This document shows positions 10,908-21,496 of a stretch of 64,000 nt of DNA, piece after piece. Location of the stretch: positions 487,500 to 551,499 of the forward strand of contig JAIVFI010000035.1 in assembly GCA_025558095.1 (NCBI GenBank). Reading direction: 5' to 3'. The notes below the pieces were generated by a model. It was not told the DNA's origin and ran no database searches. It worked only from the letters and a program-made list of their open reading frames with translations. A program made the position numbers and the translations under genes. Position 1 is the first letter of the stretch. Every line of letters begins with the position of its first letter. The stretch comes from Hyaloraphidium curvatum SAG 235-1 (lineage: Eukaryota; Fungi; Monoblepharomycota).

Positions 10908-12699
10908 ATGCGTGCCTATGGCCGTTCGGCCCCCCTCTGGGCCCTCGCGGCGCTCCTCGCCTTCCCCGCGGCGCATGCCCGCGATTTGCCCTCCACCCTC
11001 GCCTACCCCCTTCGCGCCGCCGGCGTCTGCTCCGGCTTCTTCCGCGACGACTTCACCAACCCCTCCGGGATCCTCCCCGCGTCCGAGTGGAACGCGGATC
11101 CCGACAGGGCGTGGTGGGTCGACGAGTTCGGCGCGGGGTCGGCGATCAGGGACGGCGTGCTGCAGCTCAACCTGCGGAGGTACCCGCCCTCGCCGAGGGG
11201 AAGGGAGGCGGCGGTGACGTGGACGAGGTGGGTCGGATCGCGGGCGGCCGCATTGCGGTGCGGCTCATGCTCGCTCGGCCAGGTGGTGGCAGTACGGCGA
11301 GGTCTGCGCGAGGGTGAGGGCGGGGAGGGGAGGCGGCGTCGTGTCAGCATTCTTCGTCGCCGGCTACGTTCCTGGGAAGCAATTCGACGACGAGATCGAT
11401 CTGGTGCGTACCGTGGACCCCGGATCGGAAACACGTCTACAGCTGACGGATCACCTTGCGCGCAGGAATGGGTCGGTCGGAACATGTACGAGGTCGGGCC
11501 ATCCCTCTTGCGCATCTCGTGAAACTTCTCTTACACCCGCGCCGATCGCAGGTCCAATCCAACTTCTTTTCCGAGGACAAGGGCATCTACGGCGTGCACG
11601 GCGGCTACCACCCCACGGGCGTCAACGCCTTCGACAACTACCAGACCCTCTGCATCGAGCGGACCCCGGACTGGATCGTGTGGCGCGTGGACGGGCGTCA
11701 GGTGCGCGCCGTGTCGAGGGCGCAGCTGGGCGCGGACTACCCCGACGCGCCGAGCAAGGTCGTGCTGGACATCTGTGGGTCGACTGTGCGCGGGAAGCAA
11801 CGGAATCGCTCATTCGCCACGCAGGGGACGGCGGCGTGGGGGTCGAGCCGGGCGTGTCCAACTGGGCCGGGGGGCCGACCTGGTGGGGCGACAACAACAA
11901 CCCCGAGTACAGGATGCTGGTGGACTGGGTGACGATCCGGTGCGACAACCCCGGCGGAGCGCCGCCGCCGCCGCCGCCTCCTCCCTCGGGGGGCGGGTCT
12001 TCGGGTTCCGGGGCAGGGAACGTAGGGGCTACCTGCACTGCGTCGGACGAGAGACAGTGCATGTCGGGATGCTGTTACCAGGCTCGCTGCGGTGGGTCTC
12101 TGTGGCCATTCTTGCTTGGATGGGGCTGACAAAATCTTCCTTTCCGCCCAGCTGACAGGAGCATCTGCTTTGGCGGTTCATCGGCGGGCTCAGGAGGTTC
12201 CAACTCGTCGTCCACTGCGGGCGGCCCGGGGGCGACTTGTACGGCATCCGACGAGAGGCAGTGCCAATCCGGCTGCTGCTACCAGGCACGCTGCGGTGAG
12301 CCGTCACCACCTTCTAGTGAAGATCCGTACCGACCTCATCGCGGACCCAGTCGACCACAGCATCTGCTTCGGGGGCAACCCTCCCCGCTCCGCTGCGCCG
12401 TCTTCCTCGGCGCCCGACATCGGAGCTGCCTGCACGGCGTCGGACGAGACCCAGTGCCGTTCGGGGTGCTGCTTCGAAGCCCGCTGCGGTGAGCAACTAT
12501 CGCTCCCGTTCATGACCACCGCGGCTCAATCTGCCTTCCAGCTGATCGCAGCGTCTGCTTCGGGGGCGCACCCGCGCCTTCCTCGGGTGGGTCCGCCGGG
12601 AAGCCCGACAGCTCGACGTGCTCCGCGAGCGGACCCGAGTGCGCCTCCGGATGCTGCTACCGGGCCGTTTGCACCACCAGGTCCGTGTGCTTCGGATGA
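10908..12699 (+). CDS. Secreted glycoside hydrolase family 16 (Crh/licheninase-like) with four C-terminal 6-Cys modules
   Basis: Signal peptide, then WWQYGEVCARVRAGRGGGVVSAF. The catalytic motif DEIDL|EWVG is split by intron 11404-11465. IERTPDWIVWRVDGRQVR and WAGG follow, then a poly-Pro/Gly-Ser linker and Cys repeats. Confidence 0.88.
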
Positions 12700-12921
12700 G
12701 ATCCGGAAGCGGAAAACAAGCAAAACATGGCATGAAAGAGAGCGAGGAAAAGGCACCATCCATCCACGGCCGCCCATACCTACCGACATGTAGAACTTCA
12801 TCACGATAGAGACGCCCACGACATGGAAACGATGAAATTGCAACGAATGAAGAACCTATCGTGTTCCATCGTTCGACAATCAGAGCCCAGACCAGTCCAC
12901 GCCTCCGAGGCCATTTCACGC

Positions 12922-13899
12922 CTACGTCAGCTTCCGCAGCTGCCCCTCCAGGTGCTTCGTCAGTTCTGGAGTGGTGTCGGTCGCCATCTCGAAGACGTAG
13001 TGGAGCGTCGGGTTCTCCTCCAAGGAATGGGGCATCTGAAGAGTGTACATCCTGGAAAGGCAGAAGTGAGCAACAACGTCCCCTAAGTTGAGCAGCAGAG
13101 GGTCTGGAAGGTACCTTCGGGTCGCAGTGACGAAGGGTGGCCGTGCGGTCGACGCCCTCGCCGCCCCGACCTTGGCGTCCTTCATGGCCACGAAAAAGCT
13201 CCGCCTGGCGTTGTCCATTTCGCCCTCCTCCACCGTTGCCAGCCCTTCCCGAGTCAGAGAAGTCAAGCTAGGCAGCTGAGAAGGGCCAGAAGAGGCCTAC
13301 CGTTGGGTTGCGCCAAGATGAACTCGCACCTCACTGTCCCCGAGCCGGACCCGTGCTGCAGCGGCCGTGGGCTCGGTTTCGTGGGCACGCCGTCGTCTGC
13401 CGTATCCTCCTGAGGGACCGGGGCGGCAGGGGGGCCCTGGATTCGGAGGAACCCCGACTCTGCATGAAAAGGCGCGTACGAGCGGGCCGGGTTCCACGTG
13501 TTCTGGCTGCAACCCAAATGAGTGGTTGTGGCGGCCCCAGCGGCAAGCACGCACGTGTAGAAGAGGTAGCGGAGGCCCGGAACCGACCAGAAGGTTATCT
13601 GCTCGGTGTAGCTGCGGAACTCCGTGTCGGTCCCAGTCGCGCGAGAAGCATTCGCCCGCCCACGTGAAGTCCTTCATGGTCGGGTACATCCCCTTGCCCT
13701 CCCCGCGCCAGGTCCCCACGAGCCATGAGCCCGGCACTGATGGGTGGCCCGGGTGCGGGTTGGCGTGCGTGAACGTGGGGTGCTGGTTCTCGTCGCCCGT
13801 CCACCCGGAGGAGAAGCAGCGGGCCGCTCCGGTGGGCCGGACCGGCAAGTGCGGACGGAGGAGGGGCGCGAGCGCGGCGGAAACGCGCCCCCGGACCAT
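12922..13899 (-). CDS. Nitrobindin/THAP4-like heme-binding beta-barrel (DUF1794), probable mitochondrial presequence
   Basis: SWLVGTWRGEGKGMYPTMKDFT|YTEQITF..PFHAESGFLR..ILAQPN|GLATVEEG..LHYVFEMATDTTPELTKHLEGQLRK. The N-terminus is Arg-rich and lacks acidic residues. Confidence 0.88.
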
Positions 13900-14104
13900 T
13901 GTGCGGGGCAGGGGTGAGGTGACTCGGAGCCCGGGATTGGGAGGCGCGCAATCACGAGCTTTTGACCCCGTTGTATCCCACATCCGCTTTCCTGCGATTA
14001 CCTCCTGGGATGGACGAGACGGAGCGCATTTTGCATTGCAAATACTTCGGTTTCGTACTTGGCAGGCATGTTTGACGACACGGCGCGTATGTCGTCGACG
14101 CTCT

Positions 14105-15214
14105 TCAGAGAAGCCCAACCGTCTCGCCGACCTTGCTCTCTCCCTCGACCGTCTGGCCGCCGATCTCCTTGGACACGTACTTCTTCATCCTCAGGTTCTC
14201 GGGCCAGTTGTCGACCTGGTCAATCAGGCCAAAATGAGCGTCTGGGAACGACGGTCTCGCCGCTTCGACGAACCTTCATCAGCTCGCTAAAGTCCTGAGA
14301 CTCGGCGATGAGGTCCTCCACCACGCCCTTCTCCGCCCTGAGCACGCACTGCTTGGCCCTCGCCACGGCGTTGGGCTCGAACTTGGCGATCCGCTCCGCC
14401 AGCCGGTACACGTGCGCCTCGAGCTCCTCCTCGGTCTTGAAGGTGCGATTTACCCAGCCGTACTGCTCCGCGAGTTCGGCAGAGAAGTCGTCGCTCGACA
14501 GGATGATCTCCATGGCCCTGGACCTGCCGCACAGCCGCGGCAGCCGCACCGTGCCCGAACCGCCGGGGAGGATGCCCAGGGCGACCTCCATCTGGTTGAA
14601 CATGGCATCCGGCCCGGCGAACCGCATGTCGCACGATAGCGCGAGCTCGCTGCCGCCGCCGCCAGCCCGGCCGTTGATCATGGCGATGGTTGGCTTGGGC
14701 ATCGTCCGGAGGATCTCGGCCATCTCGTGGTAGGCGAACAGGCGCCACGAGTCAGGAGCGAGCTCGCCGGCGCGCATCGGCTTCCACTTGTGCGCGAGGT
14801 AATCGCTGCCGGCCGACAAAAGAGAAAGAAGATCATTCAGACGATGATGATGAAGGGAGAAGGTCACGGTGAAGCAGAAGGCGGGCGACATCAGTCTCGC
14901 CGAATCGCAATCGGGAAGCGATAGAGGATACCCACACGTCAAAGTGCGCCATGAAGAAACCCTTCTGCCTCGAGCGCAGGACGACGGCGCGGACGTCGGG
15001 GTCGGTGGCGAGCTTCGGAATCACTGGTCCGCGGTCAGCCCGCCGTCCCCGCTGGTTCCGCGCGAAGAAACCCACGGTCGGCCCATTCCATGTACATTTC
15101 CCACGTGACGATGTTCATGGGCGGGTTGACAATTTCAACAGTCGCGACCCCCTTGTCCATGGTGACCTTCAGGAGGTCGTACGTGTGCTTGGCCGAGTAC
15201 TTGTACTCCGACAT
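14105..15214 (-). CDS. Enoyl-CoA hydratase/isomerase (crotonase) family
   Basis: GVATVEIVNPPMN..VRAVVLRS..FFMAHFD..PKPTIAMINGRAGGGGSELALSCDMRFA..EVALGILPGGSGTVRLPRLCGRSRAMEIIL. Three introns. Confidence 0.93.
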
Positions 15215-15831
15215 CTTGTTGATGATATTGCCGGTGGAGGAGGTGCGGCGGCAGGAGGCCAAGGCGACTGAGCGGACTATGTGGGAAAGCAGCTGGGGTG
15301 GGAGACAGCCGCGACCGATCGGCCCGCATACGGCCAACCATCCGCCACCGCCAATCGGACGTGGGAGCAATGCTTTTATCCGCTTCTCCCAGACGTTTCT
15401 TTATCCGACGTCAGCGATTGCTTCCGCGGGACTAAAGCATTCGATTCGTTGGTTCTCCATTAGCTTGGTGTGAGACCGAAACAGGCCCAGACCGATTCAA
15501 CAGCGGCGATCATTCAATCAAAGCTAAGATAACGAGGAAAATAAGGTGCAGTAGCGTTTCGGAGCTGCTGTTTGTTGACTCATGAGTGGACTACTCGCAA
15601 TTGAAGCTTCTGTCCCTTGACTCACTGGACATTGGGCCCAGTTCGGAGCAAATCCGTGGATCGGCCTCCGATACTGGAATCGGAAGAGACATTTCTTTCC
15701 TGCTGCTCGATTCTTGGATATGATTTCGGGACCTCGGCGGGCGCCGGCCGTGACGAACGTGTTTCGTTGCGCCTTTTGATCGAACCGCGGCGGACATCGA
15801 CGCGGCCCCTACTCCCCCGCTGGCGGCCGCC

Positions 15832-18770
15832 ATGGCGGACACGCTGAGCAGCTGCATCACGTGCCGCAAGCGGCGGCGAGCATGCTCGAAGGAGTTGCCG
15901 CGGTGTGGGCGGTGCCGCAAGGCGCAGGCGGACTGCGTGTTCCGGCTCGGCGGGCTGACGGCGGACGCCGTGCCCGAGGCGGCGGCGGCGGAGGGCGCAG
16001 TTGGACCCGACGGTACTTTTGTTTCGGCCGCGATCCTCGTCAACGGCGCCGTGCGGCTGTGGGGCGACGGCTTCGAGCTCCGCATCGAGGCACAGAAGCG
16101 CGCGTGTCAGGCCTGCCACCGCTCGAAGAGAAACTGCGAGGGCGGTGTGCCGTGCGGTCGCTGCGCAAAGGCTGGCATCGAGTGCGTCGAGTGGGTGCCC
16201 GAGCGGCGGCGGGGCAAGGCGAAGGCCCGGCGGCGTGCGGACCTCGACACCGAGGACGAGGAATCGGAGGTCAGCGACGACCCCGAGCCGGAGGCGCCGC
16301 CCAAGCAGCGCAGGCGGTCACTCGTCTCTACAGTTGCCGGGCGAAATAACGGCAGGAGGCCTGGCATCGACCAGCTGAACGACATGGACATGAGAGGTGA
16401 CGATGAGTCCACGACGGACTCGGGCCATGCCCAACCCAACGGGCCGTCGTCTGGCTTGCTCTCGCTATCGGACGGCTATGCCAGCTCATATGGACTGTCA
16501 ACCCTGGTGTCACCGGCGCAAGGGCATATGCAGCTGTTCCCATACGGGCTCGAAACCAAGTCGGGGCCGTTTGCGCCGCAGCTGGCTAGCCACCAAGCGT
16601 TCAGAGCCTTTCAAAGCTTCGGAAACGGAGGCCCCGTTGCAAACGGTTTTGGATCTCATCATGTGATGGGCGGCTTTGCCCCTTTTGGAGGACCGCCGCA
16701 CATGCTGGGCGACCATCTCGTGTTCTCACGCGCGATGATATCGGAGGTCGACGACAACGAGCCCCCCGATTCTCCGCAAGACCCGTCCCGCCCACCTCCC
16801 GGCACATGGGATCCCCCGCTGTCGCCGCCGCCACGGTTCGTGGATCGCGCGTTGGCCCCTTTCCCACAAGCACACATTCTTCCCAGTGCGGAAACCGTCG
16901 GTTCCCTCATCAAAACCTTCTGGGATTCACATCACGATGTATTTCACTTCCTCCACCCTTCGACCTTCCCGGACCAGATCCGCGCGGACCGCACATTGCA
17001 AGCTTCCCTATGCCTCGCCGCGCTTCACGCCTCCGAGGACCCTTCCATCCGCCGCGCCTCGGCCGACGTGCAGCGGCGCCTGCTCTCCCAGGCCCTCGAC
17101 GGCGTCCGTTCGGCCCTGGACTTGTACCTACCCCCCGGCGAACCGCTTCCGGACGACCCGCGGGACGACGAGCGTATGGACCACGTGTGCGAGACGCTCT
17201 GGGCCATGGCGATGCTGGCGTATTGGGCGACCAACTCGGGGCAGGCGAGGCTGTTCAAGCAGCTCGCGCACCTCATCTTCAGCCTCGGCATGAGGATCGG
17301 TCTCCACCGGGACCCCATGAGGCCGGGGTATCTGTACGGCAGGCCAACGCGGAGGGAAGGCTGGATCCGGAGGCAGCAGCGGCAGATTCTTTGGTTCAAC
17401 ATCTGCTACCAGGTCTTGTGGGTTTCTTCGACTCCTGGCGGGAGGCTCTCTGGCGTCGACGCTAACGATCTTTGTCGGTCCCAGCTTCTCGAACCACTGG
17501 ACACGCAGCAACCTCCTCCCGGGTATCCTGGCACACACACGCCAGTTCACTATCCCCCTCTTCATCGGCTCCCTCTTCAACCGTCTGTCACTGGAGCAGG
17601 CATTCGACCCCGAACCATTCGAGCCCGAAAACATGCCCTACCCCCCCAGTCTCGGCCGCCCGGCCATCTACGGCGACCTCATCTCCTGGATGGACCTCCC
17701 CCGCGGCTCCCCCGAGCGCGAAGCCCTCCTTTCTGTGGTCGGCGAGATCATCTCGGGCACGGACCAGCGCTACGACACGCGCTACTCGTACGCCATCGAG
17801 TTCATCCACTGGAACCTCCGCCTGGACGTGGACGCCTTTGGCCGCGCCTGCGAGGCCGCGGGGACCACCCCCGCCGAGGTGGCCTCGGGCGCCCGCGCGG
17901 ACCCGGATCTCGCGGCGCGAAAGGTGCACCTGGAGGCCGCCATCGCGGACCTGCTCGCGCATCTGTCGCCGCCCGTGCGCGCCGCCGAGGAGAGGGGGGA
18001 CTACGCGGGCCTGCTGGCGCGGTACGTCAAGGACGACGGGACGGATCCGTACCACGAGGCCGCGCACGCGCAGCTGATGTACCTGGTGGCGATCAGGCTC
18101 ATGAGGCTGGAGCTGCGGACGTCGTTCGGGAAGTACTCGTTCGCCGAGATCGCGCAGGGCAAGATGGACGCCGAGTTCAACTCGGGGGAGCTGTTTAGGG
18201 AGTGCCTGAAGGACGTGGTCATCTTTACCAGGCACATGGGGTCGTTGGTGGGTTGCCGTTTGGAGAGGTGGAGGTCTCTTTGTCGCTCACTCGATCTCGG
18301 TGATCCAGCTCAAGACTTTCAAGACGATCCGCTTCGACGTTTACCACGCTGGCCTGCTACCCCCAAAGATCGGCGCCCTCCACATCGCCATGCTGTTGTA
18401 CATGCTCCGCACTCAGGACCCCGCGCAGCTGGACCCGGAAATCGTGTGCGGCCTGCACGAGGACCTGGACATCTGCGCCGCCGTGCTGGCCCAGTTCTCG
18501 GGCAACGGCCGGTCCAAGGTGTGGCAGAGCATGATCCGGCAGGTGTTTGATAAGCAGGTCGCCTGGCTCAAGGGGACCGAGTGGTACCGCGGGTTCTTTG
18601 ACCGGAGGAAGGCGGCGGGCGCGGCGCCGACGGAGCCGCCGACCGACGTGGAGATTGAGATGGTGCACTTGCGGAAGGACGTCGAGGAGCAGGGGGAGAG
18701 GTGGGATGCAGAGCTGCTGGACTCGCCGGGCTTGGACAAGGAGGTCGGGTGGTGGAAGACGGGAGGCTGA
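15832..18770 (+). CDS. Fungal transcription factor with two Zn2Cys6 clusters and a middle homology region
   Basis: Clusters CITCRKRRRACSKELPRCGRCRKAQADC and CQACHRSKRNCEGGVPCGRCAKAGIEC, plus FWDSHHDVFHFLHPSTF and GMRIGLHRDP. Continues through introns into ORFs 17633-18550 and 18300-18770. Confidence 0.88.
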
Positions 18771-19164
18771 CGGATCGCCCTTGTGTTTTCATTATGTATG
18801 GAGCTGGGTGTTGGTAAAGAGCAGATCACAGAAGACAACGGCGCTGCGTCGCGGCGTGAATTACGACGAAGCTTGAGCGGGATCATTCGGGCGTTCGGGG
18901 CACCTCCGACCAACACACGGCATTTCGGAGGGTTCTGGCGACCTCTGGGAAACGGCTGGCGGACTCGAGACCAGCTCGCTCGCAAGACGGGACCAGCAGA
19001 TCAAAAGCACTTTCATAGCAAATCGATCTACTCTACCGTTTTCAAGCGGCGAAGGGTGCCTGCAATGCAAAGGGGTGGGATCCAGACCACGGGCTCCAGA
19101 CCTCTCCAGACCTTCCGACTCATGGCGGCTGGGCGGGCCCGCTATCCCGATTACCCCCGCCGCG

Positions 19165-21153
19165 ATGTCCCCGACGTGGCGGGCGTGTCGTGGTTGTCTG
19201 ATCGACAAAAAGAAATGCCAGTGGCAGCCCGGCGGGTGCGCACGGTGCTTGCGGGTGGGCCGCCCCTGCGTGGCGCCCGACGGGGCGACACCGCGGCGGG
19301 AGCTCCTCGCGCTCAAGCGTGCGGGCCGGGCGCTGCCGGCGGGGACCGCAATCGGCAACTCACCGGTGGCGCCGCCAAGTGCGCTGGCCGCACCGCAGCC
19401 GCCGGCCGCCCCGCCCGCCTTCACGACCGCGGCACTTCCCCCGCCCGCCGCGCAGTGGGCTGCCCCGTTCGCCGCCGGTGACGTGGCGCCGGGCCCATTC
19501 CAGCCCGCTGCATGGCCGCAGAATGCCGCCCCGCTCGCACCCGTCTTGCCGCCCCTCGCGGCGTCCCCCGCGGCGTCGGCCGCGCCGCCCGGCTTAATCA
19601 ATCGATGCGCCGCCCTCTTTTGGGCGACCTACCACCGCCTCGTGCCGCTCATCCACCGCCCGACCTTCGAGGCGGCACTGGCCGGCCGACCCTCGCCGCT
19701 TTACGGCGGCAACCGGCCCCTCGCGCTCCTCTGCGCGATCGCCGCCACCGGCGCCCGCGCCATGCCTGCCTCGGAGCTCGGCGGCGTGCCGCGGATGGCG
19801 CTGGTCCGCGCTCTGCTTGAACGCGCAAGGGACCTTCTCCTGGCCGGCTACTTTGAGCGCGCAGCGGGAGGCTCGCAGATCGTGTCGGACTACGAGGCCG
19901 TCATCGCCTCCGGCATCGTGTGGCAGTTGCTTATCCCCTCCGGCATGGGCGTAAAGGCAGGGAGCTTCACCACTCTCGTTATCCGCCTCGCTGGGTGGTG
20001 CTGTCCCCGCGAGCTCGCAGCCTCATTCGCTGCCGACCCGGATTCGTGGATCAGGCAGGAATCCTTCCTGAGAGTCTGGATGGGCTTCGCCAACCTCGAG
20101 GAAGGGGCTTCCTACTACGCGAACCGTGCACCGCACATCGAATGCTTCCAGGCGCTGCTTCTGCGCGTACCGTGCTCCGACATCCTCTTCAACGACCCTG
20201 ACACTGAGGCGGCCTTTGCGCAGTTCTGTACAATCCCGCCCGCCCACGTCGACTTGCGCCTCCTACCGTCGGGACCGGACGTGTGGGACGACGCCATGCG
20301 CCCCCTTGTGCGCTCCCTCGTCGCCCCAATCTTCAGTGGCCAGGCTTCAACCTGCACTGCCTTCTACGTCCAGGCCGTCTTCCGGCGCATGCGGCACCGT
20401 TTGCGAACCTTTGCCTCCTCGGCCGGCATCGATACCCTCGCCATGATCCTCCGCCCCCCAGCGCAGCGTACAGCGGACGAGCTTACCTACGCGACGGCTG
20501 TCGCCCGATTCGCCTCGCTACACGAGGAGGCGTACCTCTCGATGCCCCCCGCAATCGGCTCCACCCTCCTTGCTGGCGACGCCGCACCCCTTTTCCGCCT
20601 GTGGCAAAGGTACTTCCCCGCCGAGGTCGACGTGCACATGCTCGTGCAGCACCTTATGTCGGTCCGCGCCATGGTCTTCGAGCACCACCTCCCGGCCTCG
20701 GGCTCCGTGGGCGGTTTCGACCCATCCTCGGCCCCCGAATTCCTCCCCGTGCTCGAAACCGCTGTCGCACTCTCCTCCATGTACCGCACCCTGGCTGCGC
20801 TCGATCAACGCGGCGAGTGCGCGCACTTCCTATCCTTCGTCCCGGCGCTCAAGGCTGGCTCCGTGCACATGGCCGTGTATGCGGCGCTGGCACCCGCGGG
20901 GGCCGACCTGTCCGCGCTGAGGGAGGACGTGGCGGCGGTCGCCGGGTACCTGGACCTCCTGGGGGCCTCGTGGGGCGGGGAACTGGCTGGCGTGGCCGCC
21001 AACTTCCGCGCCGGTGCCCAAAGGCTGGGTGCGCTGGCGCCGCGGTTCGTGCCCGAGGAGGTGGAGGTGGATGAGGACGGGCCTGGATTGATGGTAAAGG
21101 CGCGGTTGGGGAGATATGAGGCGGTGTCCAAGGAGGGGGGGGGGCGGTGGTAA
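19165..21153 (+). CDS. Zn2Cys6 transcription factor, paralog A (intronless; +1 frameshift near the C-terminus)
   Basis: RACRGCLIDKKKCQWQPGGCARCLRVGRPC and FWATYHRLVPLIHRPTF. Close homolog of 24431-26295. Confidence 0.85.
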   Translation: MSPTWRACRGCLIDKKKCQWQPGGCARCLRVGRPCVAPDGATPRRELLALKRAGRALPAGTAIGNSPVAPPSALAAPQPPAAPPAFTTAALPPPAAQWAAPFAAGDVAPGPFQPAAWPQNAAPLAPVLPPLAASPAASAAPPGLINRCAALFWATYHRLVPLIHRPTFEAALAGRPSPLYGGNRPLALLCAIAATGARAMPASELGGVPRMALVRALLERARDLLLAGYFERAAGGSQIVSDYEAVIASGIVWQLLIPSGMGVKAGSFTTLVIRLAGWCCPRELAASFAADPDSWIRQESFLRVWMGFANLEEGASYYANRAPHIECFQALLLRVPCSDILFNDPDTEAAFAQFCTIPPAHVDLRLLPSGPDVWDDAMRPLVRSLVAPIFSGQASTCTAFYVQAVFRRMRHRLRTFASSAGIDTLAMILRPPAQRTADELTYATAVARFASLHEEAYLSMPPAIGSTLLAGDAAPLFRLWQRYFPAEVDVHMLVQHLMSVRAMVFEHHLPASGSVGGFDPSSAPEFLPVLETAVALSSMYRTLAALDQRGECAHFLSFVPALKAGSVHMAVYAALAPAGADLSALREDVAAVAGYLDLLGASWGGELAGVAANFRAGAQRLGALAPRFVPEEVEVDEDGPGLMVKARLGRYEAVSKEGGGRW

Positions 21154-21496
21154 GGCGGTGCTGGCGTTGCAGGAGACGGAGCACAAGATGAGCGCGTGGG
21201 CAAAGGTGGTAGTATAGCTCCGGGAGCCTCAGACTAGGCTTTCTGTGCGGCTCCGTGTTTGTCATCACCCTCATCCTTCGTGGTCGGGTTTCCCTCGGAT
21301 TACAAAGTCTCTTGCTCTGCCGCCGGACGTCAGCAGATGTGACCCCGCCCAGGCTAGCAAGCCGGTAGCTGCAGCACTAGGCGGGCTTCGCCGCCTTTCG
21401 TTGTGTCGGCGATGCAATGGCACTGGAGCCACCGGGGGATCAGAATGGCAAGCCACGTGTTCCCGAGCTATCCCTCCGCCCCCGCGCCCAGATGCT

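Noticed and set aside
12025-12490. Repeat-spacer-like pattern resembling a CRISPR array
   Set aside because: The repeats are coding Cys modules separated by introns and linkers in a eukaryotic gene.
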